Below are positions 1 through 8,764 of a DNA stretch of 64,000 nucleotides, piece after piece; within the stretch, counting starts at the first letter, position 1, and the number at the start of each line of letters is the position of its first letter. The position numbers and the translations under genes were made by a program. The notes under the pieces are model-generated. The model ran no database searches, was not told the origin of the DNA, and worked only from the letters and a program-made list of their open reading frames with translations. The stretch comes from an uncultured cyanobacterium (lineage in GTDB: Bacteria; Cyanobacteriota; Cyanobacteriia; PCC-9006; JAAUQQ01), in contig OY970368.1 in NCBI GenBank assembly GCA_963718615.1, positions 5,504,001 through 5,568,000 on the forward strand. Reading direction: 5' to 3'.

Positions 1-150
1 TTCTCGTCTATCAAGGATGTCAGTGTTATCATCGGTGGCTACCCTGAGACTCCCGAAACTCCCTCCACGCTAGCAGATCGCCCCTTTTCTCTCCAGCTCC
101 TTGAATTCCATATTGAGCCTGCAACTATTGGAATTGCGCCATGCACCTGG

Positions 151-177
151 GTAGGACGAACAGCTGTTCGTCCCTAC
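151..177. repeat. REP-like GTAG-type palindrome
   Basis: GTAGGACGAACAGCTGTTCGTCCCTAC; resembles cyanobacterial GTAGGGGCGAACGGCCGTTCGCCCCTAC-type repeats; second copy of the core at 1159-1178. Confidence 0.65.
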
Positions 178-229
178 GGTTGGCTGGTTACGCATGGGGA
201 ATTGTTGGATGGATTTTAAAAAAATCCGA

Positions 230-244
230 TCGCGCTGCACGCGA
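230..244 (-). other. Short GC hairpin with GNA triloop downstream of the FGE-domain gene (possible DGR homing hairpin and/or terminator)
   Basis: Minus strand TCGCGT-GCA-GCGCGA, followed by TCGGATTTTTTT, about 65 nt after the stop codon. Confidence 0.5.
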
Positions 245-310
245 GGGCAAAATAGCCCCAAAATAGCTGCTATATCAACAGAAATACGAAAAAGGCAAGA
301 GGGCAAAGGG

Positions 311-2386
311 CTAGGTCCTCAGGGCGGCGCACACCACCCGAAAACCGGTGAAGAAGTTGAAGTCGTCGGGCACATTCCCGACGCGCTGCGCGGAGCGGCA
401 GTTCCTCGGATTGAAGTTCCAGGAGCCGCCGCGTAGTATATGCAACTCTTTGCTATCGTCAAAAGTTATCCAAGTTGAACCATCCGTTGGAGCTTTCTCG
501 TAGTTGTCATGCCATTTGTCAGCACACCATTCCCACACATTCCCATGCATGTCATATAGCCCAAAGGCATTGGGCGGAAAGCTACCCACTTCAGTGGTCT
601 GTTCTCGATACTTCCCCTTGCTGCTCTTGCCGTAGGTGTAGTTTCCGTCGTAATTCACGAGGTCTGGTGTGATCGTTTCACCAAAGTAAAACGGCGTGGT
701 TGTCCCCGCCCGACAGGCATACTCCCACTCCGCTTCGCTCGGCAACCGATACTCTCGCCCCGTCCTCTCGCTCAGCTTTTTACAAAACTCCTGGGCATCA
801 TTCCAGCTCACCTGCTCCACCGGACGGTTCTCGCCTTTGAAATTTGAGGGATTTTCCCCCATCACCGCCTCATACTGTGCCTGGGTCAACGCATACTTGC
901 CCACACAAAACTCTGGGACCTGAACCCGATGGTGTGGGTATTCACTGCTTAAAGCCTCTTCTTCGCCATCCGCTGCCCCCATCCAAAACTCACCCCCAGG
1001 GATATCCACCATCTCCAACGTGATGCTATTGCCCAGATCTTCGATAAACTGCTCCGCCGATCGGGCCTCGCGCTGGGTGATCTGGCCCCGCTCATCCACC
1101 TGCACTGTCTTAAAGTCAAACCGAATGAGTTTGGGGCCGTTGGCGGGGGCTGAGGGCGGGACGAACGGCTGTTCGTCCGTACGGGGGGTGGGCGATGTTC
1201 GGGATCCTGGGGGGGATGGCTGGGGCTCTGGCTGCGGCGACTTGGGTGCTGATCGAGGCTGTAGCTGCCGCTCTTGGATCATCGCCTGCTCAATCCGCTC
1301 CGCATCCGCCTTCCCCAACTGTAAATTTTGCCGAATCCCCTCCAACCGACGCCTCGAGCGCTCACTCGGCAGACAACCATCCCCCACCGCCTGCCCAAAA
1401 TACTCGCGATACTTCGCCCGCTGCCGTGCCCGCACCCCATAGGGAGCCTGCACCTTTTGCTCTAGCTGCTGCGCCACCTCCAGGGGCACCTCCAACCGCA
1501 CCCGCAGCGTCTCTAGAAAGCCCCGGTCTAGCGGATCGCTAATCTCCCCATCAAACGCCAGCCCCAACTCCCCATCCAACTCCTGAAAAATCCGATCCAC
1601 CTCCCGCCGATACTCCAACACCGGATCCAACCTCGGAGCCCGCACGATCGGAATCTCATAGCCCGCATCCCGCGCCACAATAATCTTCGGCGACACCCCA
1701 CCCTTCTGCTCCACCTCAAACCGCCGCTCCGCATAACCATGCAGATCCCGCGCCACAATCCAGTCCCCCGCCCGCTCCCCCCGCCCATCCTGAGGCAACG
1801 CCGCCCCCGCCATCCCCTCCAGCAAATAGTGCGTATAGAGCGACAACCCATCCACCGCCTGAAACGAAGACTGCGCCGCACTCGACGACGCCAAAATCAC
1901 CCGCCCCGGAGCCTTCAGCGCCTCCAGCGCATTCTCTCCCTCCCCCTTGCGCAACAGATCCGCAATGGCCCCGCTATAACAACAGTCCAAAATCACCACA
2001 ATCTGCCCCGCCTTACTCAGCGACATCTGCCGCTTCAGCGTCTCCGCCGACATCGCCGTCCATTCCTGCAACCGCTTTTGCTCCTTCCGCGACCCCTTCA
2101 CACAGAAATGCAACTGCTGTTGCGCCACACTGATGCCCAAATCCCCATGGCCCGAAAAATAAAACAGCAGTAAATCCCCTGCACCCGCCCCCTGGAAAAA
2201 CTGCCCCGTCGCCGCCTCCATCGCCAGCCGTTCCGGATTCTCCAACGCGATCGGCGCTTCAAACGCCCCCTGCTGCGGATCCCCCAACGCCGCCGCCATC
2301 CCCCGCACATCCAGCAAACTTCCCGGCAACGACTCAAAGCCTTCGCCATATTCGCTCACACCGATTAGCAACGCTCGTCGTGCCAT
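311..2386 (-). CDS. Caspase-like (peptidase C14) + helical linker + C-terminal FGE-sulfatase/CLec domain protein
   Basis: ALLIGVSEY, FYFSGHG and ILDCCYSG (His/Cys dyad); C-terminal RLPSEAEWEYACRAG, NAFGLYDMHGNVWEWC, RGGSW...GFRVV. Confidence 0.92.
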   Translation of the reverse strand: MARRALLIGVSEYGEGFESLPGSLLDVRGMAAALGDPQQGAFEAPIALENPERLAMEAATGQFFQGAGAGDLLLFYFSGHGDLGISVAQQQLHFCVKGSRKEQKRLQEWTAMSAETLKRQMSLSKAGQIVVILDCCYSGAIADLLRKGEGENALEALKAPGRVILASSSAAQSSFQAVDGLSLYTHYLLEGMAGAALPQDGRGERAGDWIVARDLHGYAERRFEVEQKGGVSPKIIVARDAGYEIPIVRAPRLDPVLEYRREVDRIFQELDGELGLAFDGEISDPLDRGFLETLRVRLEVPLEVAQQLEQKVQAPYGVRARQRAKYREYFGQAVGDGCLPSERSRRRLEGIRQNLQLGKADAERIEQAMIQERQLQPRSAPKSPQPEPQPSPPGSRTSPTPRTDEQPFVPPSAPANGPKLIRFDFKTVQVDERGQITQREARSAEQFIEDLGNSITLEMVDIPGGEFWMGAADGEEEALSSEYPHHRVQVPEFCVGKYALTQAQYEAVMGENPSNFKGENRPVEQVSWNDAQEFCKKLSERTGREYRLPSEAEWEYACRAGTTTPFYFGETITPDLVNYDGNYTYGKSSKGKYREQTTEVGSFPPNAFGLYDMHGNVWEWCADKWHDNYEKAPTDGSTWITFDDSKELHILRGGSWNFNPRNCRSAQRVGNVPDDFNFFTGFRVVCAALRT

Positions 2387-2391
2387 TCCCC

Positions 2392-2790
2392 TTATTGCGC
2401 CTGCTTCGCGGATTCGATCGCCGTTACAAATCCCTTAAATTCATCCATCACCGCCGCCAATTCCTTCGCATTGCGCCCATCAAACTCAAACTTTGCCCCC
2501 CCATACTCAAACTTCGCCTTCGTAGACGTCCCCACCAGGCGACCATAGAGCCACTTGCCAAAGGCCGCAATATTTTCCAGATTGATTTCCACATCCAAAA
2601 TACTGCCGCCAGGTTCCCCCTTCGGAATCCCTGCCATCACCGGCACCTGCCCCGCCGAAAACGGTACCACCCGCGCCGAATGCTCCTCCAGCTCCGTGGC
2701 AATCACCCGCGTCATCGCTTGCAGTTCCTCATCGGAAGCCGCTTCATCCTCAACCCAGAGATGAAATTCAACCGTCTTTGCGTCACTCAT
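2392..2790 (-). CDS. Small protein resembling effector-associated constant component EACC1
   Basis: 132 aa from MSDAKTVEF; DEEL...TR.I..EL and G.KG motifs; ends 5 nt before the caspase start. Confidence 0.6.
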   Translation of the reverse strand: MSDAKTVEFHLWVEDEAASDEELQAMTRVIATELEEHSARVVPFSAGQVPVMAGIPKGEPGGSILDVEINLENIAAFGKWLYGRLVGTSTKAKFEYGGAKFEFDGRNAKELAAVMDEFKGFVTAIESAKQAQ

Positions 2791-2816
2791 GCGATATACG
2801 GAAAAACTACCTGCCA

Positions 2817-3722
2817 TTATAAATCCCTCAAGATAAACCGCTCAATCGCCCTGGCCACCGCCTCCGGCTTCTCCAAATGGGGCACATGGCCACAGTCTTT
2901 GATCCACTCCAACTGGCATTGAGGAATCGCCTGGGCAAAGGGCACCGCATCCTTCGTTCCCAGAATTCGATCCTGCCGTCCCCAAATCAGTAGGGTTTCG
3001 GCTTGAATTTGGGGGAGACGCGATCGCAACTTCGGATACCCCCCACTCTTCGTAAACCCCTTGAGCCCCTCATCCCAACGAGGCATTTGTAAATGCAACG
3101 CCGCGCAAAGTTCCGCATCGGGTGTGACGAGGCGATCGCCCGCAAAATAGGCATTCAAACTAATCTTCCGCCGCACATCAGACCGCCGCAAAAATTCCAC
3201 CGCCCACTGGTCTAAGGGCGAAAATAAAAACTTACCCATCACCGGACCATTCTGATAGCCTGCACTGTCCAAAAGCACCAACCGCTCAACCGTTTCCGGG
3301 TAAGTCAAGCAAAAGTCAATGGCCGCTGCGCCGCCCATCGATGCTCCTACAAGAACTACAGGACGTTGCAGTTTCTGTTGCCAGAAAGCGTAGAGATGGG
3401 TTTTGAGGGTTGCGGGGTTGAGGGGGATGTCTGTGGGGCGATCGCTAAAGCCAAATCCCAACAAATCCACCAGCCAAACTTCGCGAGTCTCAGCCAAGCG
3501 CGGAAACAACCGCCGAAATTCCAAAAGCGAGCTGTCAAAGCCGTGGAGAATCAACAAGGGCGGTGCTTCAGACGGGCGGCCTGCGGTGGCATAGGCCGTG
3601 GCGATGGGCTCGGAGCGGAGGGGCGTGGCGATCGCCTCCACCTGAATCCCCTGGGCGAGGGCGATCGAGGTTGGCTCTGTCAGTTGGCTAGCCAATTGGC
3701 GAATGGGATCGGGCAGCGACAT
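2817..3722 (-). CDS. Alpha/beta fold hydrolase
   Basis: LHGFDSS, DLLGFG, GASMGG nucleophile elbow, GHVPHLE. Confidence 0.92.
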   Translation of the reverse strand: MSLPDPIRQLASQLTEPTSIALAQGIQVEAIATPLRSEPIATAYATAGRPSEAPPLLILHGFDSSLLEFRRLFPRLAETREVWLVDLLGFGFSDRPTDIPLNPATLKTHLYAFWQQKLQRPVVLVGASMGGAAAIDFCLTYPETVERLVLLDSAGYQNGPVMGKFLFSPLDQWAVEFLRRSDVRRKISLNAYFAGDRLVTPDAELCAALHLQMPRWDEGLKGFTKSGGYPKLRSRLPQIQAETLLIWGRQDRILGTKDAVPFAQAIPQCQLEWIKDCGHVPHLEKPEAVARAIERFILRDL

Positions 3723-3828
3723 TCAAACTCCGGAAAGACGTGGACCTACAGGCTTGAATATACGACCCTAGACATCCCCCTGACACCTGCTAAAATGCGC
3801 CCAAGATTGAAGGTAAGGAAGGATCCCG

Positions 3829-4584
3829 ATGGCAGGCAGGTTGAACTGGACTTGGAACTTAGCTCGGAACTCAGCTTGGAACTCAGCTTGGCGCTGGGGA
3901 GTAGTGGCGATCGCCCTCCTAGCCCCTCCTTTGGCCCAACCGGCTGGAGCTCAGGCACCGCCTGGGGTGGTCCGTCCAGAACTGGAATTAGGCTCCCAGG
4001 GCACCACGGTTCAAGAAATTCAGGCCGTGCTCAAACTGTTGGGCTTTTATCGGGGAAGCGTGGATGGGGTCTTTTCCCAGGACTTTAGCCTAGCGGTGGC
4101 GCAGTTTCAGCAGGCAGCGGGGTTGCCGGGAACGGGCCGGGTCACGGTTGCGATGTGGGAGCGACTTTTTCCACCGACTGCTGTGGCGACGCAATTGCCG
4201 CTGACGACGAATCCGGTCAGCAATCGACCGATCACGCCCATTGGCAGTCTGACGGCTTCCGCGCCCCAGCCGGTTCCGCCCGCGATCGCCCAACCCGTTC
4301 CGCAACCGGAGGCCCCGCCAGAATTTCAAGACATCCGGCCCGAAGCCGAATTTGCCCCCCAGCCGGATCCCTTGGATCCCTACCCAATTTTGCGAGTGGG
4401 GGCTCAAGGCGATGCGGTGATGCGGCTTCAGGAGAAATTGCAGGCCCTGGGGGTATTTGAGGGATCCGTGGATGGGGATTTTGGCCCCATGACCGAAACA
4501 GCGGTGATGGCAGCCCAGGCGCAGTTGGGCCTGGAGCCCGATGGGGTGGTGGGGCCAGCCACTTGGGATGCGTTAGGACGTTAA
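3829..4584 (+). CDS. Secreted peptidoglycan-binding-domain protein (two PG_binding_1 domains)
   Basis: Signal-like N-terminus; two LxxGxQG...LQxxL..LG...G.VDG.F...V..FQ/AQ...GL...G units separated by a Pro-rich linker. Confidence 0.88.
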   Translation: MAGRLNWTWNLARNSAWNSAWRWGVVAIALLAPPLAQPAGAQAPPGVVRPELELGSQGTTVQEIQAVLKLLGFYRGSVDGVFSQDFSLAVAQFQQAAGLPGTGRVTVAMWERLFPPTAVATQLPLTTNPVSNRPITPIGSLTASAPQPVPPAIAQPVPQPEAPPEFQDIRPEAEFAPQPDPLDPYPILRVGAQGDAVMRLQEKLQALGVFEGSVDGDFGPMTETAVMAAQAQLGLEPDGVVGPATWDALGR

Positions 4585-4619
4585 GGCCGAACGTTAAGGC
4601 CGAACGTTCAGGCAAGACG

Positions 4620-5381
4620 CTATTGTTTTTGCAGAACCAGAAAGCCGCGATTTTTCCCCGAGGTGCGGTCTAGGGTGTTCATGGCTTGCCAGAGCTCCGT
4701 TGTCTTGACCCAGACCGGTGGATACTTGTAGCGCGAGACATCCAAGATCAAAAAGCGATCGCTCGCCGCACTATAGGCCGCCAGCGGCGAAATATGGCCC
4801 CCCCGCTCCTGACCGATCGCCGCCCGCAGATAATTGATCACCATAAAATTTTGGGGGTCCTGGAGATTGGCGATCGCCAACGCCCGAAACTCATCCACCC
4901 CTATCTCTCCACCGTAGTGAATTTCAGCTGTCACCGGATAGGTTGCAAAAATTCCCGCCAATTCTGCCAGGGTGAGGCCTTGGCGTGCGATCAGCGATCG
5001 CGCAATAATCGCCTCCGTCTGGGAATTTAAGACATTTTCCTGGGTGAAATAATCCTGGTCCCAGGCCGCCGCATCCGGCGCATCAATCCCTAGGGCATTC
5101 AGGACCATCGCAAGACTCGCCACCCCGCAAAAGGCCTGATTATCCTGGGTTACAAACTGGCTGCTCAGCGGCACAAAATCCGCCTGGGCCTTGCTCTGAC
5201 GCAGCAACAGCGCCCCTCGGTCAGAATTGAGCGGTAGCAAATTCTCCGGCAAGGGCAGCGTCTGGGCCTCTCCTCGGAATACGGGACCGGTCAGCGCTGT
5301 GATGAGGCTTAAGGCGATCGCCCCAAGAAACCCCCGCGCCTTTGATGTTCTCAAGCCCCGCCGCCCTTTTGAGAGACCCAT
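4620..5381 (-). CDS. Prokaryotic phytochelatin-synthase-family protein with signal peptide
   Basis: TQDNQAFCGVASLAMVLNAL, GGHISPLAAY, LILDVSRYKYPPVWV (Cys-His-Asp triad). Confidence 0.92.
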   Translation of the reverse strand: MGLSKGRRGLRTSKARGFLGAIALSLITALTGPVFRGEAQTLPLPENLLPLNSDRGALLLRQSKAQADFVPLSSQFVTQDNQAFCGVASLAMVLNALGIDAPDAAAWDQDYFTQENVLNSQTEAIIARSLIARQGLTLAELAGIFATYPVTAEIHYGGEIGVDEFRALAIANLQDPQNFMVINYLRAAIGQERGGHISPLAAYSAASDRFLILDVSRYKYPPVWVKTTELWQAMNTLDRTSGKNRGFLVLQKQ

Positions 5382-5831
5382 ACTGCTACCCTAACTGCTG
5401 GTTTTAGTGTTCAGTCTATAGCTGCTGCTCCGTTTCTAGGGGATTGGCATAGTCTAGGGGCGAGATTTTGGTGGAATCTAGCGGTCTGGTGTCCTGGAAG
5501 GGGAGGATGGCGATCGCGGGTGCGACCCCCAAGACCAGGGAAAACAGCAGCACAAGCCAAAAAAGGGAACGGGGTAGATGGGTTTTCATGATTAAAGTTC
5601 CTCAATCTAAAGGATCAGGGAGTTTGTAACCTGGACATCCATCGGTCTAAATCGCGAGTCGTCTCGCCAGCCGTTTCAGAGCAGCATGTCCTGGGATTAT
5701 CTACGTCTAGAAGGAAATTTATATGCAGCAGCATGCCCACCTCTCCCCAGGATTAATTTTATTTTTTTAGTCAAAATGCTGATTAGATAAGCCTTTCATG
5801 GCCAATGAGGTCGCCAATGTTCTAAGCCCCT

Positions 5832-5857
5832 AAATCCGATTTGAACCGAGCCCAGTA
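5832..5857 (+). promoter_or_regulatory. Putative ECF (SigK-like) promoter of the RTX gene
   Basis: AAATCC-N15-CAGTA; same architecture as 7180-7205. Confidence 0.55.
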
Positions 5858-5922
5858 TCTTTGACAGACCTAAAAAAACGGGTCTGCTAACCGATATTTC
5901 TCACCCTAGGAGAACTAGATCC

Positions 5923-7017
5923 ATGGCCCCTTTAAATCTGATTCTGGGCAATTTCTTAGACAACATCCTGACCGGTACTGATCAAGATGATTTAATCTTT
6001 GGTCTAAATGGTAACGACACAATCGAAGGAGGGTTGGGTGCTGATATTTTGATAGGTGGCTTTGGCGACGATTTTTTGGAAGGGAATAAAGGCGACGATA
6101 CGATGATCGGCGGGTTTGGCAATGATGTTTTAGATTGGGATGACGGCGACGGCAGCGATATCATGAGCGGTGGCTTTGGTTACGACACCATTGAAGTGGA
6201 TGGCTCCGTTACCCGAGGCGATAACTTTACCCTAGAAGCGAGAGGTCAGCAGGCCATTTTTACCCGTGTGGGTTTGGATGGACAAAAGGGCGTCGGCGTT
6301 TTTAGTTTGACGGTCGATTCTTCAGAGCTTTTCGATGTCAGTGGTGAGGGGGGAAATGACACCTTTTTTGTGGGCAATCTCAACGGAACAGGGGTTCAAA
6401 AGGTCAAGTTTGATGGAGGAGACGGTGACGATTTGTTTGATGGGAGTAACAGCAGCGTTAGCATTGAAGCCATCGGCGGCAGCGGAAATGACCGATTGAT
6501 TGGCAGCCAGTTTGATGACCTGCTAGTGGGGGGAGATGGGGTTGATACGATGACTGGGGGTGGGGGGCGCGATCGCTTTCTCTACACCGGCAATCCTTTT
6601 GCAAACGGCACACCCAACGTCACCCCGAACGGCATTTCTGCCCTCAATCGCCCGGATATTATTACCGACTTTACGCTCAATCATGACCAGTTTGCCCTGG
6701 ATGCCAGCGACCTTGGTATCCACTCGATTCACTTTAGTTCAGGTCTATCTAATCAGCTGGGGGATGGCAATATTTTGGTGCTGACCGATGGCTTTGCCAA
6801 TGCTGCTGCTGCCGCTAAAGCGATCGACAATAACCATAATATTACGGCTGATGAAGGTGTATTTATTTACTTCAATACTAGTCTGGGCATCAGCCGTTTG
6901 GTTTATTCCGAGAACCTGGGCGATGGTGGACCGATTAGCGTTTTGGCCAATCTGACGAACCTGACGAATGTGGGCAATCAGGCAAACTTTGGGGCACAAA
7001 ACTTCACGGTTGTTTAA
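5923..7017 (+). CDS. RTX/hemolysin-type calcium-binding repeat protein
   Basis: Many GGxGxDxLx nonapeptides; D.ITDF C-terminal region; AGGAG RBS. Confidence 0.9.
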   Translation: MAPLNLILGNFLDNILTGTDQDDLIFGLNGNDTIEGGLGADILIGGFGDDFLEGNKGDDTMIGGFGNDVLDWDDGDGSDIMSGGFGYDTIEVDGSVTRGDNFTLEARGQQAIFTRVGLDGQKGVGVFSLTVDSSELFDVSGEGGNDTFFVGNLNGTGVQKVKFDGGDGDDLFDGSNSSVSIEAIGGSGNDRLIGSQFDDLLVGGDGVDTMTGGGGRDRFLYTGNPFANGTPNVTPNGISALNRPDIITDFTLNHDQFALDASDLGIHSIHFSSGLSNQLGDGNILVLTDGFANAAAAAKAIDNNHNITADEGVFIYFNTSLGISRLVYSENLGDGGPISVLANLTNLTNVGNQANFGAQNFTVV

Positions 7018-7117
7018 CGGTCTGGAGCCGGACAAGCCGCCAGACGAACAAACCGGAATAATAGCCGGACGAACGCGGTGTACCCCTCCTGGTTAAGGCC
7101 CAATTCTTTTATGGATG

Positions 7118-7147
7118 TACCCCTTGTCTAGCGCTAGACAAGGGGTA
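7118..7147. terminator. Perfect 30-bp palindrome, probable terminator or stabilising hairpin after the RTX gene
   Basis: TACCCCTTGTCTAGC-GCTAGACAAGGGGTA; no clear U-tract. Confidence 0.55.
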
Positions 7148-7179
7148 AACGATTTGGATTTGATAAATCGTAAACTGCC

Positions 7180-7205
7180 AAATCCAACTGAAGGTTTAGA
7201 CTGAA
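7180..7205 (+). promoter_or_regulatory. Putative autoregulatory ECF promoter
   Basis: AAATCC-N15-CTGAA about 72 nt upstream of the sigma start. Confidence 0.55.
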
Positions 7206-7277
7206 GCACAGAATTCGATCACGAACGCCCATCGCGAACGCCCATCGCGAAGCCCGACCCTTTGTCTCTGGTAGTCT

Positions 7278-7847
7278 ATGGCCCATCCCCTGTCATCGCT
7301 GACTGATGCAGATCTGTGCGATCGCCTGCGTCAAGGCGATGCCAATGCCCTGCGCGTTTTGTATGATCGCTATAGTCGATTGGTCTACACCTTGGCCTAT
7401 CGCATCCTAGATCGGGCCGAAGAGGCCGAAGACCTGACGCAAGATATCTTTTTGTCGTTTTGGAAAACCCCCAAATTTGACGCCCAGCGGGCCTCCCTCG
7501 GCACCTATCTCAGCTTGCTCACCCGCTCCCGTGCCCTCGATCGCATTAGCCAGCGGGCCTCTCGCCAGCGATCGCTCCAGCGTCTCCAAACCGCCGAAAG
7601 TGCCTCGTCCCTCTGCGCCACGCCCCTAGACTACGCGGCCTACGACGAGCAGCAGCAGCAGCTCAAAACGGTCTTGGCGCAGCTCTCCGAACCCCAGCGT
7701 CAAGTCCTCAGTCTGAGTTATTATCAGGGGCTCAGCCAGTCCGCCATTGCCCAGCAGCTTGCCCTCCCCTTAGGGACCGTCAAAACCCATGCTCGCCAAG
7801 GCTTAATCAAACTTCGTCAATTATTGAATGATGCTAGTGAACTCTGA
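7278..7847 (+). CDS. ECF sigma-70 factor (SigK-like)
   Basis: GDANALRVLYDRYSRLVY, AEDLTQDIFL, LSYYQGLSQSAIAQQLALPLGTVKT. Confidence 0.93.
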   Translation: MAHPLSSLTDADLCDRLRQGDANALRVLYDRYSRLVYTLAYRILDRAEEAEDLTQDIFLSFWKTPKFDAQRASLGTYLSLLTRSRALDRISQRASRQRSLQRLQTAESASSLCATPLDYAAYDEQQQQLKTVLAQLSEPQRQVLSLSYYQGLSQSAIAQQLALPLGTVKTHARQGLIKLRQLLNDASEL

Positions 7848-8703
7848 AGATCAAGACCTCGCTGCTGGGTATGTGCTGGGTGATTTAGAGACCGCCGAGC
7901 AGACTGAGTTTGAGCTGAGACTGAGCCAAAACCCAGCCCTCCAGGCGGAAGTCAGTCGGTTGCAAACCAGTTTGCATCAGTTGCCTCTGGCCCTAGAGCC
8001 GTTAACGCCGCCAGATGGTTTGGGCGATCGCATCCTCGCAGCCTTTACCGCTACCCAGACCCCAGCATCCGCTGCTGAACCCGAGACCGTCTCCCTACCC
8101 GAGTCGGTTGCCGCCGATCGGGGCCACTTCGATCGGGGCCACTTAGGGGATCTCGGTGAAATCAGCCGCAGTCGCAGGTCTGGCTCGGGTCGACCTTGGC
8201 TGAAACTGCTGGGAATTTTGGTGGCCCTGGCGACGATCGCCCTCGGTCTTGATAATTTGCGGTTGCGGAATCAGTTGGCGATCGCTACCCAATCCAATAG
8301 CCAAGCCAACAGCCAAGCCAACACCAACCCACTGATTTCCAGCCTCGCCGATATCCTACAGCAACCCAAAAGCCGCCTGGTTTCTCTGCAAAACCCAGAG
8401 GCGGGTCTCTCGGGCACACTGCTGTTTACTCCTGGTCACTGGCAGGAAGTGGTCATTGCTTTTGGCGACTTACCGCCCCTGCCCCCGGATCAGGTCTATC
8501 GCATGTGGCTGGAGCTGGCGAATGGAGAGGTGCTGCCCTGTGGGGAGTTTATCCCCAATGCAGAAGGCCAAGTTTTGATCCGACTGACCCCTCCCCAAAC
8601 GCCTCCGAAGGGAGTCAAGGCAACGGGAATTTTTGTCACAGCCGACGCTGCCGGAGCCCCACTCCAGCCCACCGGTAACCGATTACTCTCTAGCGAGCTG
8701 TGA
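7828..8703 (+). CDS. Anti-sigma factor, RskA-like
   Basis: LAAGYVLGDL N-terminus, single TM segment, LPPLPPDQVYRMW and PTG motifs; overlaps the sigma stop. Confidence 0.88.
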   Translation: MMLVNSEDQDLAAGYVLGDLETAEQTEFELRLSQNPALQAEVSRLQTSLHQLPLALEPLTPPDGLGDRILAAFTATQTPASAAEPETVSLPESVAADRGHFDRGHLGDLGEISRSRRSGSGRPWLKLLGILVALATIALGLDNLRLRNQLAIATQSNSQANSQANTNPLISSLADILQQPKSRLVSLQNPEAGLSGTLLFTPGHWQEVVIAFGDLPPLPPDQVYRMWLELANGEVLPCGEFIPNAEGQVLIRLTPPQTPPKGVKATGIFVTADAAGAPLQPTGNRLLSSEL

Positions 8704-8764
8704 TGGCGTAACCGGCCCAGGCACTCAAGGGGCTAGCCAGTTCCAGCCCCTAGGCCAGAACGGT

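Noticed and set aside
1-310. Short ORFs 70-306(-) and 194-436(+), and a possible gene end at 1-47
   Set aside because: No recognisable motifs; they overlap palindromes and the caspase gene end; too little sequence to call
311-2386. Complete DGR cassette
   Set aside because: No reverse transcriptase, avd or second copy of the variable region seen in the window; only a target is supported
3366-4615. Long alternative-frame ORFs (e.g. 3366-4088, 4232-4615) and many similar ones across the window
   Set aside because: Shadows of well-supported genes in GC-rich DNA, with low-complexity translations
3845-7255. Short 12-13-bp tandem duplications (about 3850-3890, 4577-4612, 7221-7250; also about 24079-24105) considered as CRISPR or iterons
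   Set aside because: Only 2-3 adjacent units, no spacers, no cas or rep genes; look like slippage duplications
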